This document shows positions 19,567 to 27,639 of a stretch of 39,418 nucleotides of DNA, piece after piece. The stretch's first letter is position 1. Every line of letters begins with the position of its first letter. Position numbers and translations under genes: made by a program. The stretch lies in sequence record OK210074.1. One strand, given 5' to 3'. Origin of the DNA: Enterobacter phage KKP_3263. The notes beneath the pieces were generated by a model, which was given only the letters and a program-made list of their open reading frames with translations, was not told where the DNA came from and ran no database searches.

Positions 19567-19595
19567 TTGACAGTGGGTCTAACTTTTGGTTTAAT
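19567..19595 (+). promoter_or_regulatory. Host sigma70 early promoter, A1-like
   Basis: TTGACA-17 nt-TTTAAT. The spacer GTCTAAC matches T7 A1. Confidence 0.55.
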
Positions 19596-19692
19596 AGCTT
19601 CCGTCAAGACGACACGGCAACAACCGCTAGTTAAGACGCCACGGTCAAGTGGTTAAGTAGACAACCTGATAAGTCATACGAAAAACAGGTAT

Positions 19693-19721
19693 TGACAAGC
19701 AGTAAGACTTAACGTAGTATG
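19693..19721 (+). promoter_or_regulatory. Host sigma70 early promoter, A2-like
   Basis: AAAAACAGGTATTGACA + 17 nt + TAGTAT is near-identical to the T7 A2 upstream context. Confidence 0.65.
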
Positions 19722-19894
19722 ATTCACCAAGCAATACTGAATATGTCACGTAACAGTAAATGCGTGATTGGAACCCTAACCACGATAGGGCGCTGAGAGT
19801 CTAACAGCGAGATAACCCTGCTGAAGTCTATACACATCGGTGTGGCAGGAAACAGGATGGTTGGGAACTACCGAATACCCTGAGCTGAGAGAAA

Positions 19895-20040
19895 CAGCAC
19901 CGCTCTTTAACAATATGGACTGTGAGATTCCCTACTGCGGGTCAGGTAGCCAAGAGCTACGGGATGACGTGAACGCACAAGCGTTAAGTGATACAGCCTA
20001 AAGTGATTAACTACAGGTCGTTTGAACGTTAAGCGGCCTG
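19895..20040 (+). promoter_or_regulatory. R0.3-like RNase III site / 0.3 leader
   Basis: CGCTCTTTAACAAT matches the start of the T7 R0.3 region. Immediately upstream of the Ocr gene. Confidence 0.4.
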
Positions 20041-20077
20041 ACATGATAACCACTAACTAACATAAGGTAACAACATA

Positions 20078-20599
20078 ATGGAACGTAACGCTAACGCATA
20101 CTACGAACTACTGGCTGCCGCTGTAGAAGCTATGAATGAGCGCATCCAAGATGACCGCATTGAGTCTGAAGACGATTGTGGCTTCAGCGATGCACTGCAC
20201 GAGGTCGTAGACGGTCAGGTTCCGCACTATTACCACGAGATTTTCACGGTGATGGCTGCTGATGGTATTGACCATGAGTTTGAAGACTCTGGGTTGATTC
20301 CTGAGACCAAGGACGTGACGCGCATACTGCAAGCTCGCATCTATGAGGCGCTTTATAACGATGTACTTAATCACTCGGATGTGGTCTGGTTCGAGGCTGA
20401 AGAGAGCGACGACGAGGAGGCGGATGAATACTGGGTAGTTGACGCTAAGACTGGTGTATTCATTGAGCAAGCTGTATCACTTGATGTCGCTACTGCATGT
20501 GCCAAAGACCACTATGCGATAGGTCGTCACCTGAAGGTCGAGGACATCAACGATAACGTAGTGTTCGACCCTGCGGCTGCTGAGGAGGACTGCGAGTGA
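20078..20599 (+). CDS. 0.3: Ocr (gp0.3) DNA-mimic anti-restriction protein with a ~60-aa acidic C-terminal extension
   Basis: VPHYYHEIFTVMAADGIDHEFEDSGLIPETKDVTRILQARIYEAL is near-identical to T7 Ocr. 173 aa vs 117 in T7. Confidence 0.85.
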   Translation: MERNANAYYELLAAAVEAMNERIQDDRIESEDDCGFSDALHEVVDGQVPHYYHEIFTVMAADGIDHEFEDSGLIPETKDVTRILQARIYEALYNDVLNHSDVVWFEAEESDDEEADEYWVVDAKTGVFIEQAVSLDVATACAKDHYAIGRHLKVEDINDNVVFDPAAAEEDCE

Positions 20600-20754
20600 T
20601 GGTAACTTATGGTCTCTGCCAGCACCACGTCACCAACGCCCGGATTATGGTCAAGACCGGGCAGTTAAACCACGATGCGACCATGCGTCACCTGAAAGCG
20701 GTCTATGAGGGCCGCAAGCGTATACACGACAGTTTGCACGCTGAGGACAAGTAA
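20599..20754 (+). CDS. gp0.4-like 51-aa protein (T7 gp0.4 is an FtsZ inhibitor)
   Basis: Same length as T7 gp0.4, with weak YGL / LKAVYEG similarity. RBS GAGGAGGA. ATGA overlap with the Ocr stop. Confidence 0.45.
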   Translation: MVTYGLCQHHVTNARIMVKTGQLNHDATMRHLKAVYEGRKRIHDSLHAEDK

Positions 20755-20755
20755 C

Positions 20756-20881
20756 ATGTACCAGATAACTTATAGCAGTGAACAGGCGTTCTACGATGGG
20801 TGCTACGAGATGATGAAGCGCGGGGCTTGCTACGTGGCTAATCACCATAGCCTGACCATAACGCTGACAGGTGGGTACTGA
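20756..20881 (+). CDS. 41-aa hypothetical early protein
   Basis: Short ORF tightly packed after 0.4. Cys-rich. Confidence 0.3.
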   Translation: MYQITYSSEQAFYDGCYEMMKRGACYVANHHSLTITLTGGY

Positions 20882-20951
20882 GTGATAGACGAGAGGTCAT
20901 CGACTGATAGGTGGCCTCAAAGATTACCACTTGCATTAATAGGAGTTAACT

Positions 20952-21041
20952 ATGAGTGTGGGATATTGGGTCTGCCTGGCGCCAGTTATCTGGATGATAG
21001 GCTATGGGGTATACGACTGTATTAAACGGAAATCACTATAA
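20952..21041 (+). CDS. 29-aa hydrophobic peptide
   Basis: RBS AGGAG. TM-like MSVGYWVCLAPVIWMIGYGV. TAATG coupling to the next ORF. Confidence 0.25.
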   Translation: MSVGYWVCLAPVIWMIGYGVYDCIKRKSL

Positions 21042-21235
21042 TGGCTGCACTATTGATAGCCATAGGCTATGGACTTATCGCCTACGTGCTGGTGAGAGAC
21101 ATCAACAAAGCGCGTAAAGTCTACAAATTCAACTATGTACGTCTGGGTCGCTGGACTGTACGTCAACCTAACGGACGATTCATGCGCAACTTAGCGAACG
21201 TCTGGGATATTGCAACTCTTGGGAGCAAACTGTAA
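21041..21235 (+). CDS. 64-aa membrane protein (early, unknown)
   Basis: N-terminal TM helix AALLIAIGYGLIAYVLV. Translationally coupled. Confidence 0.45.
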   Translation: MAALLIAIGYGLIAYVLVRDINKARKVYKFNYVRLGRWTVRQPNGRFMRNLANVWDIATLGSKL

Positions 21236-21627
21236 TGAATATGTCAAATCTGGTACATGCAATGGACTCAAGCATAACGCTTCGTACATTCACTGATAAT
21301 AACGGCGTAGAGTGGAAGTACGTTGGAACTGACTCTCGCGGCCGAAATTACTGGGAGAAGACCGGGAACAAGAGCGCTTATGTGAACCGCTACTCATCGC
21401 ACACCGCGCGTCAACAGCAGGAGCGTGACCGGGTACTACAAGCAAGACTCCGGGCTGAGGGCCATAAGTCCGAGCTAATGTGTCTGGCGTATGGTGGACG
21501 ACCAATCACTGACGATGGTAAACTTCTGGTCTCAGGCTGGAAGGCGATAGACCAACGGTCAACCATCAAGCACACGACTCATGGTGACTTCAGCCATCTT
21601 CACGCTAACCCACTGATATGCAAGTGA
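21235..21627 (+). CDS. 130-aa hypothetical early protein in the gp0.7 slot (no kinase domain)
   Basis: Occupies the position of the T7 0.7 kinase but is far too short and has no kinase motifs. Confidence 0.5.
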   Translation: MNMSNLVHAMDSSITLRTFTDNNGVEWKYVGTDSRGRNYWEKTGNKSAYVNRYSSHTARQQQERDRVLQARLRAEGHKSELMCLAYGGRPITDDGKLLVSGWKAIDQRSTIKHTTHGDFSHLHANPLICK

Positions 21628-21632
21628 TTCTG

Positions 21633-21655
21633 ACTTAACTATCACTATAGGACTC
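21633..21655 (+). promoter_or_regulatory. Phage RNAP promoter directly upstream of RNAP gene 1
   Basis: ACTTAACTATCACTATAGGACTC, a full-consensus copy 70 nt upstream of the gene 1 ATG. Confidence 0.7.
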
Positions 21656-21724
21656 AAGGTCTAAGACTCCAAGTGAAAGACCAAAGAGACTTTAAGTGAA
21701 AGACTAATAACAAGGACTTTAAGT

Positions 21725-24406
21725 ATGAGCGTCATCTCTATTGACAAACACGACTTCTCTGATGTGTCGAACGCCATTGAGCCGTTTAACCTGCTGGCTG
21801 ACCACTACGGGCAAGACCTTGCAGTCAAACAGCTTCAGCTTGAGCATGAGGCATACACTGAAGGTGAGCGACGTTTCATCAAGAACCTTGAGCGCCAGAC
21901 CGAGCGCGGGGAACTGGCAGACAATCAGGTCGCCAAGCCTCTTATGCAGACTCTTGTTCCTAAGATTGCGCAAGCCGTCAAGGAGTGGCACGAAGGTCCA
22001 GATGGCAAGCTGTCAACCTCTCGTCCGAGCGTAGCGTTCACCATGTTGAGCACTGAAGAGAAGGCCGTCAAGGACCGCTCTCTGTGCATCTCCTGTGAGT
22101 CCGCTGCGATTATCATACTGAAGGTCATCCTCTCCAAGCTGGTCAAGCCCGAAGGGATGCCGATTACACCGATGGCCTCCGCGATAGGTCGCACACTTGA
22201 GGATGAAATCCGCTTCGGTCGCATCCGTGACAAGGAGCAGGAGCACTTCAAGAAGGCGATAGCTGAGAACCTGAACAAGCGAGCCGGGGCATCCTACAAG
22301 AAGGCCTACATGCAAGCGGTTGAGGCATCCATGTTGGAGCAGGGTCAACTGGAAGATGCGTGGGGGACTTGGAGTCCAACCGATGCTGTTCACGTAGGCA
22401 TCAAGATGCTTGAGCTGGTCATCCAGTCCTCGCAACTGGTAGAGCTAAAGCGCTACGGTGCAGGGAATGCTGCGGCTGACGTTGAGATGGTCCACCTGTC
22501 AGACTTTTGGGTAAAGAAGATGGCGCAACGAGGCTTCAGCCTTGCGGGTATCGCTCCAGTCTACCAACCTTGCGTCGTTCCACCTAAGCCGTGGACTGGT
22601 GTCGTAGGTGGTGGGTACTGGGCCAAAGGTCGCAGACCACTACCACTGATTCGCTTAGGGTCTAAGTCTGCGGTGGCACGTTACGAAGACGTGTACATGC
22701 CTGAGGTCTACGACGCTGTGAACATCATCCAGAATACACCTTGGAAAGTTAACAAGAAGGTGCTGGAAGTGGTGAACATGGTCGAGAGGCTGAACAACAC
22801 GCCTATTGATGACATCCCTCAGATGGAACCGCTGAAGCCTGAGGACTATGCGGGTGAGACCGAAGAGGAACTCAAAGCATGGAAGAAAGCTGCTGCTGGC
22901 ATCTACCGCCGAGAGAAGGCCCGACAGTCGCGCAGATTGTCACTAAGCTTTATCGTCAACCAAGCGAACAAGTTCTCTCAATTCAAGGCCATATGGTTTC
23001 CGTACAATATGGACTGGCGCGGTCGTGTCTACGCTGTTCCGATGTTCAACCCTCAAGGCAACGACATGCAGAAGGGACTCCTTACTCTGGCAGTCGGTAA
23101 GCCTATTGGTGCTAATGGTTTCAAATGGCTGAAGGTCCACGGTGCAAACTGCGCGGGTGTCGATAAAGTCACCTTCGAGGAGCGCATCAAGTGGGTGGAA
23201 GACAACCACGACAACATCATGGCTGCTGCTAAGGCACCGATGGATAGCATTGAGTGGTGGGGCAAGTTAGATTCTCCGTTCTGCTTCCTTGCGTTCTGCT
23301 TTGAGTATGCTGGAGTCATGCACCACGGGCTTAGCTACTCCTGCTCGCTGCCGATAGCGTTCGATGGGTCCTGCTCTGGGATTCAGCACTTCAGCGCGAT
23401 GCTTCGTGACCACATCGGTGGACATGCAGTAAACCTGACGCCATCCGGTAAGGTCCAAGACATCTACCGCATCGTGTCTGACCGCATTGAGGAGGAGCTT
23501 AAAGTCCTGCTGGTTAACGGTACGGACAACGAGATGGTGACTCACGAGGACAAGAAAACTGGTGAGATTACCGAGCGTCTCAAGCTGGGGACACGAGAGC
23601 TGGCCCGTCAGTGGTTGACTTACGGTATGTCACGCAAGGTCACTAAGCGTTCAGTAATGACTCTGGCCTACGGGTCGAAAGAGTACGGCTTCGCAGACCA
23701 AGTTTACGAGGACATCGTGATGCCAGCGATTGACTCAGGGTCTGGCGCTATGTTCACCGAGCCAAGCCAAGCGTCTCGCTTCATGGCTAAGATGATTTGG
23801 GAAGCCGTGAGTGTGACCGTAGTTGCTGCTGTTGACGCGATGAAGTGGCTTCAGGGTGCTGCCAAGCTGCTTGCTGCTGAAGTGAAGGACAAGAAGACGG
23901 GCGAAATCCTGAAGCCTTGCCTTCCGGTACACTGGGTCACGCCTGATGGTTTCCCGGTATGGCAGGAATACCGCAAGAAGGACACCACTCGTCTGAACCT
24001 GATGTTCTTAGGGTCCTTCAACCTGCAACCTACCGTCAACAAAGGCACGAAGAAGGAGCTGGATAAGCACAAGCAGGAGTCAGGAATTAGCCCGAACTTC
24101 GTCCACTCACAGGATGGTAGCCACCTACGCAAGACTGTAGTCCACACTCACAGAAAATACGGAGTGATGTCGTTCGCAGTGATTCACGATAGCTTCGGGA
24201 CCATCCCGGCTGACGCTGAGTATCTGTTCCGTGGTGTCCGTGAGACGATGGTCGAGACCTACCGCGACAACGATGTGCTGCAAGACTTCTACGAGCAGTT
24301 CGCGGACCAGCTTCACGAGAGCCAGCGCGACAAGTTGCCTGAGCTGCCGAAGCGCGGTAAACTGAACATCGAAGACATTCTGTTATCTGACTTTGCATTC
24401 GCCTAA
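21725..24406 (+). CDS. 1: Single-subunit DNA-directed RNA polymerase (gp1)
   Basis: ~70% recalled identity to T7 RNAP along its length (FSDV...PFNLLADHYG, YMPEVYDA, AIWFPYNMDWRGRVYAV, DGSCSGIQHFSAMLRD, HDSFGT, FAFA C-terminus). The specificity loop is diverged. Confidence 0.97.
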   Translation: MSVISIDKHDFSDVSNAIEPFNLLADHYGQDLAVKQLQLEHEAYTEGERRFIKNLERQTERGELADNQVAKPLMQTLVPKIAQAVKEWHEGPDGKLSTSRPSVAFTMLSTEEKAVKDRSLCISCESAAIIILKVILSKLVKPEGMPITPMASAIGRTLEDEIRFGRIRDKEQEHFKKAIAENLNKRAGASYKKAYMQAVEASMLEQGQLEDAWGTWSPTDAVHVGIKMLELVIQSSQLVELKRYGAGNAAADVEMVHLSDFWVKKMAQRGFSLAGIAPVYQPCVVPPKPWTGVVGGGYWAKGRRPLPLIRLGSKSAVARYEDVYMPEVYDAVNIIQNTPWKVNKKVLEVVNMVERLNNTPIDDIPQMEPLKPEDYAGETEEELKAWKKAAAGIYRREKARQSRRLSLSFIVNQANKFSQFKAIWFPYNMDWRGRVYAVPMFNPQGNDMQKGLLTLAVGKPIGANGFKWLKVHGANCAGVDKVTFEERIKWVEDNHDNIMAAAKAPMDSIEWWGKLDSPFCFLAFCFEYAGVMHHGLSYSCSLPIAFDGSCSGIQHFSAMLRDHIGGHAVNLTPSGKVQDIYRIVSDRIEEELKVLLVNGTDNEMVTHEDKKTGEITERLKLGTRELARQWLTYGMSRKVTKRSVMTLAYGSKEYGFADQVYEDIVMPAIDSGSGAMFTEPSQASRFMAKMIWEAVSVTVVAAVDAMKWLQGAAKLLAAEVKDKKTGEILKPCLPVHWVTPDGFPVWQEYRKKDTTRLNLMFLGSFNLQPTVNKGTKKELDKHKQESGISPNFVHSQDGSHLRKTVVHTHRKYGVMSFAVIHDSFGTIPADAEYLFRGVRETMVETYRDNDVLQDFYEQFADQLHESQRDKLPELPKRGKLNIEDILLSDFAFA

Positions 24407-24418
24407 GGAGGCACCTAC

Positions 24419-24619
24419 ATGAAATTCGCACACAAGCAAACTGGCGTTAAGGGTGGAACTCAAATCGTGACCGTTACCGAGCACAACGGCAAGGGTCTGG
24501 TGAAGACCACGGTCATCCCAACCGAGATGTCCAAGCAGCTTAACGTCCCATTCAAATGGCTGGTGCAGCAGGTCGAGCAGGCCCACGAGCAGGCCCTAAC
24601 TGAGGCGGCAACGAAATGA
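24419..24619 (+). CDS. 66-aa hypothetical protein
   Basis: RBS AAGGAGG. Lies between gene 1 and 1.1. Confidence 0.5.
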   Translation: MKFAHKQTGVKGGTQIVTVTEHNGKGLVKTTVIPTEMSKQLNVPFKWLVQQVEQAHEQALTEAATK

Positions 24620-24693
24620 CAGACCTTAAGTGGCTGGCCTTATGGCTGGCCTTCTTAGCAGTGTACACTTTAATCCAACGCAGAAGAGGCTAA
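24616..24693 (+). CDS. 25-aa hydrophobic peptide
   Basis: ATGA-coupled. LKWLALWLAFLAVYTL is TM-like. Confidence 0.25.
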   Translation: MTDLKWLALWLAFLAVYTLIQRRRG

Positions 24694-24697
24694 CCCT

Positions 24698-25177
24698 ATG
24701 TTCTTTAACTCCGCACTGAAGGCACGTATCGAAGAACTTGAACTACACCTGAAGAACAGCAACGAGCTGAACAGCCAGAAGTCAAAGACCATTGACTACC
24801 TACGTGAGGCCCGAACCAAGCTGCAATCTGAATTGGCCTACCGAGACAAACAACGTGAAGCGGTAATGGTAAAGCGTATGGTCGGCCTGAAGTTCAAGGC
24901 GCTGTTCAACGGTCTCTACCAGCCTACCGAGTTCAAGACCGGGCCGGGACCATGCGGTAAGACGGTGACGCACTTCACCACGAGTCGGACCGAGCGAGAG
25001 CTGACTATCCACCAGCACCACTCGGATGGCTCTCAGAAGGACTTTGAGTATCGACTTAGCGACATCGACGGTCGCATACAGTATGACTACGAGCAAGTTA
25101 AAGTCTACGGAGAAGAGGCTGAACGTGAGCGAGCGCTTCAGTCATTCATGCGGGTAAGGCCGCGCATCGTCCTCTAA
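24698..25177 (+). CDS. 159-aa hypothetical protein with an N-terminal coiled-coil
   Basis: RBS AGAGG. No T7 counterpart at this position. Confidence 0.55.
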   Translation: MFFNSALKARIEELELHLKNSNELNSQKSKTIDYLREARTKLQSELAYRDKQREAVMVKRMVGLKFKALFNGLYQPTEFKTGPGPCGKTVTHFTTSRTERELTIHQHHSDGSQKDFEYRLSDIDGRIQYDYEQVKVYGEEAERERALQSFMRVRPRIVL

Positions 25178-25195
25178 ACTATCACTATAGGATTA
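25173..25195 (+). promoter_or_regulatory. Phage promoter (phi1.1 equivalent)
   Basis: CCTCTAAACTATCACTATAGGAT overlaps the stop of the 159-aa ORF. Confidence 0.75.
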
Positions 25196-25196
25196 G

Positions 25197-25245
25197 ACTC
25201 AAGGTCATGACTCAAAGTCGCGGCCTTCATGATTAACCCTAATAA
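25197..25245 (+). promoter_or_regulatory. Conserved structured RNA element (R1.1-like RNase III site candidate)
   Basis: GACTCAAGGTCA-loop-GGCCTTCATGATTAA, second copy of the element. Confidence 0.45.
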
Positions 25246-25265
25246 ACTACTGGAGATTTAACCAT

Positions 25266-25445
25266 ATGTATCAGAACACTATCAACTTCGAGCGCATCCG
25301 TGAACGTCAGCAGACTGAAGGCTACATCCCGAAGGGCCGCAAGCTGAACAAGACTAAGCGTGGCGGTGGTGTAAAGGGTGCTTTCCGCAACGCTGAAGGT
25401 AAAGACTCTATGGTTAACCAAGAGAAGTATTTCGTGGGAGCATAA
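25266..25445 (+). CDS. 1.1: gp1.1-like basic protein (59 aa)
   Basis: KGRKLNKTKR is identical to a T7 gp1.1 motif. Not in the ORF track (<60 aa). Confidence 0.65.
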   Translation: MYQNTINFERIRERQQTEGYIPKGRKLNKTKRGGGVKGAFRNAEGKDSMVNQEKYFVGA

Positions 25446-25447
25446 GA

Positions 25448-25735
25448 ATGGGCATGTTCTCAAGAGCACATAGTGGAAACCTGAACACTCTGCGTCAGTC
25501 CATCAACAACTGGCAGTCCGAGACGGATTACAACGCAGTGGTCAGCACTTGGTTCGACCCGGTGATGAACAGACACTGCGTCCGAGCGGTCATAGTTCAC
25601 GTCCACACACGGGAGGTCCTCATTGAGAAGGACTTCACTGAGTACCCGAATATCCGCGACGAAGATGTGCAGACCGTAGCGGTCGCCACTTGGTTTAACA
25701 AACAGTTCAACGACTATACTGGTCGATTCCTTTAA
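25448..25735 (+). CDS. 1.2: gp1.2-like protein (the T7 homolog inhibits host dGTPase)
   Basis: N-terminal MGMFSRAHSGNL vs T7 MGRLYSGNL. Size and position conserved. Confidence 0.65.
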   Translation: MGMFSRAHSGNLNTLRQSINNWQSETDYNAVVSTWFDPVMNRHCVRAVIVHVHTREVLIEKDFTEYPNIRDEDVQTVAVATWFNKQFNDYTGRFL

Positions 25736-25752
25736 TTCTGGAGACATTATCA

Positions 25753-26865
25753 ATGACTACTACCATCAAGACCAACCCGCATCGCGCTGTAGATTACTCT
25801 GAGTCAGGCGTTAAGAAAGCACTGGAAGCAGCCGGGTCTCTGGAAGCTGAAGTGAAGTATGACGGTGTGCGTGTTAACATTCCGGTATTCCCTGATGGAC
25901 GCACACAATGGCTGAGCCGTGAGTCTAAAGAACTACCAGCATTGAGCTGGATGTCTGTACCCGAGGGCATTCACCAGTCACCGGGTGAGCAGCAGAGGGC
26001 AAGCGACTGGAGATGGTTCCTGAAGCAAGCTGGTTATGAAGGAACGGGCCTGATGATTGATGGCGAGGTCATGGTCAAAGGCGTGGACTTCAACACATCT
26101 TCAGGTCTCATCCGAACCATGTGGTCAGACCCTAAGAACTTCAAGTGGAACGTTAACCAACAGGCTTCGGACTTCACCAAGAAGTCTCACAAGGCCCCCT
26201 TTCAGATTGGTGCCGAGCACATTCAGGTAGTAGTCTATGGTATCGTGGACCTTAACGTCATCAACGACCCGAAAGCCGAAGGTCCTATCCATAGCGTCAC
26301 ACGCCTGAAGGCCGAAGCTATCGTCCCTCTCCTCCAGAAATACTTCCCGGAAATCGACTGGGTTCTGTCTGAGTCACACACGGTCTATGACCTTGAGTCG
26401 CTCAACTCCCTGTACGAAGAGAAGCGTCTGGAAGGACATGAGGGTCTGGTAGTCAAGGACCCACTGGGTAAATACAAGCGAGGCAAGAAGTCAGGCATGT
26501 GGAAAATGAAGCCTGAGGACACCATCGACGGGACTGTATGTGGACTCGTGTGGGGGACTCCGGGCAAGGCCAACGAAGGCAAGGTCATCGGCTTCGAGGT
26601 GCTGCTGGAGGACGGCATGGTGGTGAATGCATGCGGCCTGACTGAATCTCAGAAGGACGAGTTCACTGCTGCTGTAGCTGAGGCCAGCGGATACACCTTG
26701 ACGTCTGGACCTGTAGTAATTCAGGATGGTTTGGACAAGGTGAACCCATACGAAGGCTGGCAGGTCGAAGTCCTCTACATGGAGCGCTTCCCGGACGGCT
26801 CATTGCGTCACCCTAGCTTCAAGTGCTGGCGCGGGACGGAAGATGACCCGACCATTAAGAGCTAA
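25753..26865 (+). CDS. 1.3: ATP-dependent DNA ligase (gp1.3)
   Basis: KYDGVR adenylation motif. 370 aa at the T7 1.3 position. Confidence 0.9.
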   Translation: MTTTIKTNPHRAVDYSESGVKKALEAAGSLEAEVKYDGVRVNIPVFPDGRTQWLSRESKELPALSWMSVPEGIHQSPGEQQRASDWRWFLKQAGYEGTGLMIDGEVMVKGVDFNTSSGLIRTMWSDPKNFKWNVNQQASDFTKKSHKAPFQIGAEHIQVVVYGIVDLNVINDPKAEGPIHSVTRLKAEAIVPLLQKYFPEIDWVLSESHTVYDLESLNSLYEEKRLEGHEGLVVKDPLGKYKRGKKSGMWKMKPEDTIDGTVCGLVWGTPGKANEGKVIGFEVLLEDGMVVNACGLTESQKDEFTAAVAEASGYTLTSGPVVIQDGLDKVNPYEGWQVEVLYMERFPDGSLRHPSFKCWRGTEDDPTIKS

Positions 26866-26873
26866 CTAAATGT

Positions 26874-26908
26874 CAACCCAGTGGTCTTAGGACTGCTGGG
26901 TTTCTTTG
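26874..26908 (+). terminator. TE-like intrinsic terminator (early transcription)
   Basis: AACCCAGTGGTCTTAGGACTGCTGGGTTTCTTTG: stem-loop plus a U-tract immediately after the ligase gene, as for T7 TE. Confidence 0.7.
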
Positions 26909-26929
26909 CGTCTGGGCCACCAGCTAGAC

Positions 26930-26952
26930 CCTAAGCTATCACTATAGGACAA
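26930..26952 (+). promoter_or_regulatory. Phage promoter variant (A to G at -12)
   Basis: CCTAAGCTATCACTATAGGACAA. Confidence 0.55.
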
Positions 26953-26980
26953 CCATAACTTCGACCTAAGGAGGCCGACC

Positions 26981-27235
26981 ATGTTTAAGAACTTAATGTT
27001 CAACCGTTATTCCAATACATTCCATCTGTCTAACAACCCGTTCGCTTGTATTAAGCGAGACGAGAAGCTGGGCTACTTTGGGAAGGCCGTTAAGCTGTCA
27101 CCTACAGTCTTCGCGCTGATTACTCCGGGCAAAGCTGAAGAGGCTCGCCAGAAGCGTGAGACCAATGTACCAGTGGTCTACACCAAGTGGCCTCGCGTTC
27201 GTCTGGTGCTGGAGTACATCAAGGAGGAGTTCTAA
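26981..27235 (+). CDS. 84-aa hypothetical protein (gene 1.6 position)
   Basis: RBS AAGGAGG. TAATG-coupled to the next gene. Confidence 0.5.
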   Translation: MFKNLMFNRYSNTFHLSNNPFACIKRDEKLGYFGKAVKLSPTVFALITPGKAEEARQKRETNVPVVYTKWPRVRLVLEYIKEEF

Positions 27236-27561
27236 TGGCTCATTATTGCACTGAGTGTCAGGAAGACCACACGAACTGCACATGCCACCTGAAGTACCAG
27301 CCTCAGTCTAAGCCTGTAGATGACGGGGTGCGCAAGCCATCTCACTATCAGGTCTTTGACGGCGTGGAATCCATTGAGATTATCGCACGGTCAATGACTG
27401 TGAGTGAGTTCCGTGGGTTCTGCATGGGTAACGTCCTGAAGTATCGACTCCGGGCTGGCAAGAAGTCAGAGCTGGCTACTATGGAGAAGGACCTGAACAA
27501 AGCAGCCTTCTATCAGGAGCTGTTCGACCTACATAAAGGTAAGTGCTATGACTCCAAGTAG
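27235..27561 (+). CDS. 1.7: gp1.7 (nucleotide kinase) C-terminal domain homolog, 108 aa
   Basis: KPSHYQVFDGVESIEIIARSMTVSEFRGFCMGNVLKYRLRAGKKSE...DLNKAAFYQELF is near-identical to the T7 gp1.7 C-terminus. ATG 27235 with RBS AAGGAGG is preferred over the track start 27187. Confidence 0.7.
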   Translation: MAHYCTECQEDHTNCTCHLKYQPQSKPVDDGVRKPSHYQVFDGVESIEIIARSMTVSEFRGFCMGNVLKYRLRAGKKSELATMEKDLNKAAFYQELFDLHKGKCYDSK

Positions 27562-27639
27562 TTGGTGTTTTAGACAGTGGGTATCAACCGGTAATGTGGA
27601 CTACCTGTCCATGTACCATATGTGGAAGGAGAAAGGACT

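Noticed and set aside
21020-21045. Promoter-like AAACGGAAATCACTATAATGG
   Set aside because: Only the CACTATA core matches. The upstream recognition region and the +1 GG are absent. It lies within a coding region.
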